Shown here in pieces: positions 28,364 through 32,764 of a stretch of 32,764 nucleotides of DNA. The notes under the pieces are model-generated. The model was not told the DNA's origin. It made no database searches and was given only the letters and a program-made list of their open reading frames with translations. Numbering within the stretch: position 1 is the first letter of the stretch; every line of letters begins with the position of its first letter. The position numbers and the translations under genes are program-made. The stretch is from Deltaproteobacteria bacterium (lineage in GTDB: Bacteria > Desulfobacterota > Desulfobacteria > Desulfobacterales > SG8-13): assembly GCA_032127235.1 (NCBI GenBank), contig JAQAZR010000110.1, positions 1 through 32,764 of the forward strand, given 5' to 3'.

Positions 28364-28834
28364 ATGAAACACATCAAGTCTAAGATCGGTATTGTCGCAG
28401 TTGTTTTCACAGTTGGTATCGCCGCAGTGGCTTTGGCACACGGTTGGAATGGCTCAGGATACGGTGGTTATGTGATGGGCCCCGGGATGATGGGCTACGG
28501 ACCGGGATACGGCGGCCATATGATGGGTTACGGTCCATACGGAAATGGTAATTTGTCGCCGCAGGACACCACCAAACTCGAACAGTCTCAGCAAAAATTT
28601 TTCAACGACACCAATGATCTGCGCAATTCAATTCAGGAAAAACAGTTCGCTCTGAATCAGGAACTCCAGCAGACCAATCCGGATCGGGACAAGGTCACCA
28701 ACCTGCAGAAAGAGCTGTCGCAGCTTGAGTCCCAGTTCGATCAAAAAGCTCTGGAACACCAGCTTGAACTGCGAAAAAACTTCCCGGAAAACGCTCTCGG
28801 CATGGGTTACGGCCGGGGAGGAAACTGTTGGTAA
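28364..28834 (+). CDS. Periplasmic Spy/CpxP/ZraP-family (heavy-metal-sensor-like) protein with a Gly/Tyr/Met-rich N-terminal repeat region
   Basis: It has a signal peptide MKHIKSKIGIVAVVFTVGIAAVALAHG. A GYGGYVMGPGMMGYGPGYGGHMMGYGPYGNG region follows. A helical Q/L-rich region begins with LSPQD, an LTxxQ-like motif. The tail is GMGYGRGGNCW. SD AAAGGAG is present upstream. Confidence 0.65.
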   Translation: MKHIKSKIGIVAVVFTVGIAAVALAHGWNGSGYGGYVMGPGMMGYGPGYGGHMMGYGPYGNGNLSPQDTTKLEQSQQKFFNDTNDLRNSIQEKQFALNQELQQTNPDRDKVTNLQKELSQLESQFDQKALEHQLELRKNFPENALGMGYGRGGNCW

Positions 28835-28848
28835 TCTAAACCTCACTG

Positions 28849-28878
28849 ACTGAAGGCGGAAAACAAGCCGCCTTCAGT
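28849..28878 (+). terminator. Stem-loop terminator after the ZraP-like gene
   Basis: ACTGAAGGCGG-aaaacaag-CCGCCTTCAGT forms an 11-bp perfect stem. It is followed by gggcctcTTTT. Confidence 0.6.
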
Positions 28879-28935
28879 GGGCCTCTTTTGATGTCTATTA
28901 AATCGGCATCCATCGTGTAACAAGGGAGGTGCCGC

Positions 28936-29577
28936 ATTTCGACGCAGAAAACGGATGATAAAGAAAAACAACCTAACCGCACGCAACGACGCTACGACCG
29001 CCTTGCCTTTGCCTACGACGTCCTCGAAGCGCCACTTGAGCGGTTGCGCTTTGCCGAGTGGCGGAAGAGACTAAGGAACCGAATTGCAGGGCCTGCTGCG
29101 CTTGAAGTCGGTGTCGGCACCGGCAAGAATTATCCCTACTATCCTTCGGGGGTGCAGATTGTCGGCATCGATTTAAGCCCGCGAATGCTGGCGGGTGCCC
29201 GACGGAAAGCCTCAAAACTTGACCTGAACATCGATCTGCGCGAAATGGACGTCCAGAATCTCGAATTCCCAGATCACTGCTTCGACACTGTTTTTGCCAC
29301 TTTTGTCTTCTGCTCGGTGCCCGAGCCGGTAGACGGTCTGCGTGAGCTCCGGCGCGTATGCAAGCCGACCGGCCGGCTTCTGCTTCTCGAGCACATGCGG
29401 CCGGAAAACTTCGTGCTGGGACTCATCTTCGATGTTTTCAATCCGATGGTGGTTCGCATGATGGGCGCAAACATCAACCGGCGGACCATGGACAACATTC
29501 GGTCGGCCGGCTGGACCGTCCGGATCGAAGAAAACCTCTCTTCAGATATTGTCCGATGGATCGAAGCCGTACCGTAG
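28936..29577 (+). CDS. Class I SAM-dependent methyltransferase (Methyltransf_11-like); start probably a non-canonical ATT
   Basis: It has motif I LEVGVGTGKN and post-I/II motifs IVGIDLSPRML and FDTVFATFVFCSV...GRLLLLEH. The conserved N-terminal RRYDRLAFAYDVLEAPLERL lies upstream of the first canonical start (TTG 29044). The frame opens after TAA 28918-28920. The only near-cognate start in it is ATT 28936, which lies 6 nt after GGAGG (28925-28929). Confidence 0.75.
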   Translation: MSTQKTDDKEKQPNRTQRRYDRLAFAYDVLEAPLERLRFAEWRKRLRNRIAGPAALEVGVGTGKNYPYYPSGVQIVGIDLSPRMLAGARRKASKLDLNIDLREMDVQNLEFPDHCFDTVFATFVFCSVPEPVDGLRELRRVCKPTGRLLLLEHMRPENFVLGLIFDVFNPMVVRMMGANINRRTMDNIRSAGWTVRIEENLSSDIVRWIEAVP

Positions 29578-29768
29578 ATCGAGCCAAAGATCGCATAGCA
29601 GATTTAAATGCGCAAAAATTGCGCGACTCCATTGTTTATCTCCTCCCAAAACGGGTATTTTTTATCCAACCGTCTAGGCCGTTTTCTCTGATAGGGCTTC
29701 CTGTCTAATTTTCGAGACTTCGCATGGTTGCGCTCTCACGCTCATCGCATGCCACAAAGTGGTATCGA

Positions 29769-29784
29769 TGGCACGCGATATGCA
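29769..29784 (+). promoter_or_regulatory. Sigma-54 promoter candidate upstream of the YHS-domain gene
   Basis: TGGCACG-cgat-ATGCA has a perfect -24 element and keeps the -12 GC. It lies about 150 nt upstream of ATG 29934. The -24 element forms the right arm of an 11-bp inverted repeat (29744-29754 / 29769-29779). Confidence 0.55.
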
Positions 29785-29933
29785 TTTACTTTTTTGACAC
29801 ATTGATGCGGCATTGAGATCAGGCCGGAGGGAAGCGGTGCGAAGATAAATTCACACCGCAAATCACCCTATCGAATCTATGGCATCGAAACCGCTCTGTT
29901 CTCGCCCCGATAACAAATAAGAGGAGGCAAAAA

Positions 29934-30191
29934 ATGAATACAGACAAGTCTTATCAAAAGGATGTGGATCCGGTTTGCGGCATGCGGGTCGACCCCCACA
30001 AAACGGACCTAACCGCCCATTACGATGGTCGAACGTATTTTTTCTGTGCCGAAAACTGTCGCATGGAGTTCGAAAATCAACCACGAAAATACCTGGCAAT
30101 TTCGAAGGATACAAAACGAAAGGGTTTCTGGCAACGATATCTCGAAAGGCTCAACCGGGCAACAGGTGGTAAACCGCCGAGTTGTCACTGA
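29934..30191 (+). CDS. YHS (TRASH-like) domain metal-binding protein
   Basis: The product contains DPVCGMRVDPHKTDLTAHYDGRTYFFCAENCRMEFENQPRKY. A strong SD GAGGAGG lies 6 nt upstream. Confidence 0.85.
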   Translation: MNTDKSYQKDVDPVCGMRVDPHKTDLTAHYDGRTYFFCAENCRMEFENQPRKYLAISKDTKRKGFWQRYLERLNRATGGKPPSCH

Positions 30192-30786
30192 CACGGGTTC
30201 GATTTTCTCAGCAACAGCACACAGCTTGTCCGCAAGTTTGCCATGGCCGTCCAACGAAACCCTATTAGTGGTTTCAAATCCCCATCTATGGCCCAACAAC
30301 TGTGTTGCTGACCTTCTCAAGATGCGCTCATATCGTTGAACAGTCTCCACCTTACTGTCGCCATGCGCCTTGCCCTCGAACTGATCTGAAGTTTTGACGC
30401 AACTTATCAGACGCTAAGAAGACAGTGAACATCCGAGAAGAGATGGCCAATATTTTATCGCTATTTTCGATCATGCTCACTACGATAGTCCGGAGAAGGC
30501 CGAAAACCTGGCTCAGCAATATTCTTCGCAATATCGTAAATATAACCAGCAGAACAAAAGTAGCTATATCTGGAAATGTGCCCAGGAACGTTGCCCGTTC
30601 TCCATGTTATGATTATGAGGCATCTCGGAGGGAGACCGATCAGCAGTCAGTGATATCCTTCGATTTGGTGCAAGTTGACGTTAAGAAAGTGGTCGACAGT
30701 ATTTAAGATGCAAGATACGGTGTCGCCATCGACCACACCGAACTTCACATCACGGGCATGGCCTTCGTGCAACATAGTTTCATGCT

Positions 30787-31716
30787 ATGAATCTATATTC
30801 GGCTCTCTATCAAACAGATCAGATCCGGTGTTATGATGTCCTTGGGCAGGAGATCGACTGCACGGGAACCGGACAGGATGGAGACATCCGCGCCGGTCTT
30901 ACCTGGCCGATCCCGCGCTTCGAGGAGCAGAAGGCGGTTGTGATTGATTGCCTCAGTGGCTTGTTGTGGACGAAAAACGCAACACCAGCTGAGTTTCCAC
31001 AGACGTGGGAGGAAGCTATCGAATATGTCAACCAGATGAATGCGTCATGCGTCCATGGACATGAAGACTGGCGGCTGCCGAATCGGCGTGAGTTGTTCAG
31101 TCTGATCAGCCACAGCCAGATCAATCCAGCACTACCGGCCGCTCATCCATTTACCAGCGTCTTTTCAGGATATTACTGGACGTCCAACTCGTGCGCCCAA
31201 TGGCCCAAACAGGCATGGTATGTGCACCTTGGTGGTGGTAGAGTATTTAAGGGCATGAAGCAAGGCTCTTATCTGGTCTGGCCAGTGAGACGATTGAAAT
31301 CAGAAAAACCGAAGGCCCCTGGTGATCGCTTCGAAACCTCCGGTCACCTCGTCTCCGATCGATCGACCGGATTGGTCTGGCTGCGTTCAGCCAGGGGTTC
31401 GAAGGACATTATGGACTGGCCAGCAGCCCTGATAGACGTGCAGCGCTTGAATGCGAACAAGGTATATGGTCATGATGACTGGCGGCTGCCCAACATCCGC
31501 GAACTTGAAAGTCTGGTTGCGCTCGATCAACACAGCCCGGCGCTTCCCGCAACTCATCCGTTTAAAGATGTTGCTCAGGGGTACTGGTCGTCCACGACGA
31601 GTGTTTACGACCCCACCTATGCCTGGGTTTTATACACTGACGATGGCAACGTGGGTGTAGGGTTCAAGGAAAAAGCAGATTTTTCTGTCTGGCCCGTGCG
31701 CAATGGAGTTTCTTGA
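30787..31716 (+). CDS. Tandem DUF1566 (Lcl C-terminal domain) protein
   Basis: The N-terminus has the CYD...IDCTGTGQDGD motif. Two repeats carry the DUF1566 signature: HGHEDWRLPNRRELFSL...YWTS...VWPVR and YGHDDWRLPNIRELESL...YWSS...VWPVR. There is no obvious signal peptide or SD. Confidence 0.8.
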   Translation: MNLYSALYQTDQIRCYDVLGQEIDCTGTGQDGDIRAGLTWPIPRFEEQKAVVIDCLSGLLWTKNATPAEFPQTWEEAIEYVNQMNASCVHGHEDWRLPNRRELFSLISHSQINPALPAAHPFTSVFSGYYWTSNSCAQWPKQAWYVHLGGGRVFKGMKQGSYLVWPVRRLKSEKPKAPGDRFETSGHLVSDRSTGLVWLRSARGSKDIMDWPAALIDVQRLNANKVYGHDDWRLPNIRELESLVALDQHSPALPATHPFKDVAQGYWSSTTSVYDPTYAWVLYTDDGNVGVGFKEKADFSVWPVRNGVS

Positions 31717-31724
31717 AGTTCTCG

Positions 31725-32459
31725 ATGAAACGGCCCTTATTTGCCACCACAGGCACCCTATCAATGATATCCTTTTTCCGAAAAACCGTCGAGAAACCGC
31801 AACGCGGAATCCTGCCTTTGGATATACAGGTCAAAGCCTGGCGCAGAGCCAATCGCAAGATGAACTGGAATATCGGGCAGACTGAATTCGAATCAATCGG
31901 AACTGAACCAGAGATATCGCAAGTCGATCGCCGTGACGGTTTTGCAGGTGTCATTTTATCCTATGGTTTCGGTGATGATGGTCATGGCCATTCCGATACC
32001 TCGTTGTCCGGGCGATGCGCCTGGGATTTTGCTGCCAAACGGAGAAAACCAAAAACCTGGCAGTGCGAATACATAGATTTCGACCATAGCGAACATTTTC
32101 GTTTGCGTCCATCCGCGCATCTGAGGCCTAAAGGTTTTTACTTCTCCAAATTCAGACAAGGGGAGCGGTTTCAGCACCTAACGGTTAAAGAGTTTCGAAA
32201 ACGGATAGGCCCGCAAGATACCGGCTGCGGCCCGGAAGGGTTTCAGTTATTGACCATCACCCATCCGCACTATGCCTCCCTGATGAATTCCAGCCAGATC
32301 ATGTTCATGACTTTTGCCGACTACGATGTGGCCCTTTACGGTTACGGCGATTTTTTCGACGCGCCCCAAATGTTCTGCAGTAACGACACCCTCGGGCTGG
32401 GCATCGGTCATGTGGATCGCAATTATCCCCTATTCGGTATTCCGAGCCTGAGATTATGA
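31725..32459 (+). CDS. Hypothetical protein, no recognisable family
   Basis: This is a 245-aa ORF with ordinary, non-repetitive amino-acid composition. ATG 31725 lies 9 nt after the DUF1566 stop, and TTG 31713 would overlap that stop. I recognise no motifs. Confidence 0.5.
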   Translation: MKRPLFATTGTLSMISFFRKTVEKPQRGILPLDIQVKAWRRANRKMNWNIGQTEFESIGTEPEISQVDRRDGFAGVILSYGFGDDGHGHSDTSLSGRCAWDFAAKRRKPKTWQCEYIDFDHSEHFRLRPSAHLRPKGFYFSKFRQGERFQHLTVKEFRKRIGPQDTGCGPEGFQLLTITHPHYASLMNSSQIMFMTFADYDVALYGYGDFFDAPQMFCSNDTLGLGIGHVDRNYPLFGIPSLRL

Positions 32460-32611
32460 CATATTAAATTCCAGCATTATGCCGCTCTTGTGCCTCAATT
32501 GGCAAGCCAGGTGTCAAAATGCGAAATTGTGGCGCCTCAAAAAGCAACAATTAAAATGCAAGGCTGGATATAAAAAAAACTGGTCGATTGCATAGAAAGG
32601 AGGTGAATACA

Positions 32612-32764
32612 ATGGCCGAACGAATTGGAATAGTTCTCCATACTCTCGACAATGGAATGGCGGAAGTGGTCACCGACCGCAGAAACGCCTGCGGCGGGTG
32701 CGAAAAATCGCACGGGTGCCAGTCGTGTTTGGCCAGCGCCAAAATGGTCTCAACCGTGCGGAAC
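32612..32764 (+). CDS. RseC/MucC-family (SoxR-reducing-system-like) protein, first 51 codons; continues past the right edge
   Basis: I translated from ATG 32612, which has AAAGGAGGTG upstream. The product reads MAERIGIVLHTLDNGMAEVVTDRRNACGGCEKSHGCQSCLASAKMVSTVRN. It shows the pattern typical of RseC N-termini (G.V......G.A.V...R..ACG.C....GC). The ORF is open at the window end and so is missing from the track. Confidence 0.65.
   Translation, partial: MAERIGIVLHTLDNGMAEVVTDRRNACGGCEKSHGCQSCLASAKMVSTVRN

Noticed and set aside
28955-28970. The methyltransferase could be expressed by a programmed -1 frameshift from ATG 28955 through the A-rich run.
   Set aside because: There is no canonical X XXY YYZ slippery heptamer, no obvious downstream stimulatory structure, and ATG 28955 has a poor SD. 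ATT 28936 with an optimal SD is the simpler explanation. A sequencing indel cannot be excluded.
30009-30350. A 113-aa minus-strand ORF (GTG start) partly overlaps the YHS gene.
   Set aside because: It overlaps a well-supported gene (YHS motif plus a strong SD) for more than half its length. Only its 5' part is discussed, as a possible decayed remnant, in the findings.
30425-30706. A 93-aa plus-strand ORF lies in the AT-richer spacer.
   Set aside because: It has a GTG start without an SD, no motifs, and a composition typical of random ORFs in AT-rich DNA. It is not reported as a CDS.
32460-32611. I looked for sigma-54-like TGG...GC patterns upstream of the RseC-like gene, and separately noticed the direct repeats GCCTCAA and AAAATGC(G/A)A there.
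   Set aside because: The GG-to-GC spacing does not fit the -24/-12 geometry in any candidate. The short direct repeats are too short to distinguish from chance.

Overview
This window looks like a chromosomal segment from a sulfate-reducing Desulfobacterota (deltaproteobacterial) genome, and about 85% of it is conserved core genes. From left to right it contains the following. (1) The dissimilatory APS reductase genes aprB-aprA lie on the minus strand, with aprA running off the left edge. (2) A compact cluster holds three YkgJ-family (CxxCxxCC / UPF0153) cysteine-cluster paralogs around an atypical SDR. (3) A dGTPase-like HD hydrolase, a short HsdR-N-terminal-like protein and a CDA-fold deaminase follow, separated by unusually repeat-rich spacers. 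(4) Next come infC-rpmI-rplT-pheS-pheT, a MerR regulator and a membrane class III nucleotidyl cyclase. (5) tRNA-Gly(CCC) is followed by an attenuator-like terminator and the long array rimP-nusA-infB-DUF503-rbfA-nrnA-like-truB-rpsO-pnp-M16 peptidase-dut-MBL hydrolase. (6) The visibly more AT-rich right end (about 28.1-32.8 kb) carries a ZraP/Spy-like periplasmic protein, a SAM methyltransferase, a YHS-domain protein, a tandem-DUF1566 protein, an unrecognisable 245-aa protein and the start of an RseC-like gene. I see no CRISPR array, no intact IS or transposase, no prophage genes and no recognisable known defence system. The most noteworthy observations are these: a dispersed family of 7-bp-phased tandem repeats in intergenic spacers; a 213-bp MITE-like element with perfect 18-bp terminal inverted repeats; two near-consensus sigma-54 promoters in front of the ZraP-like and YHS genes; two genes that apparently need near-cognate start codons (infC ATA, methyltransferase ATT); the uncharacterised YkgJ x3 + SDR module next to aprBA; and the DUF1566 + unknown gene pair. 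All family assignments come from motif recognition by eye and not from database searches.
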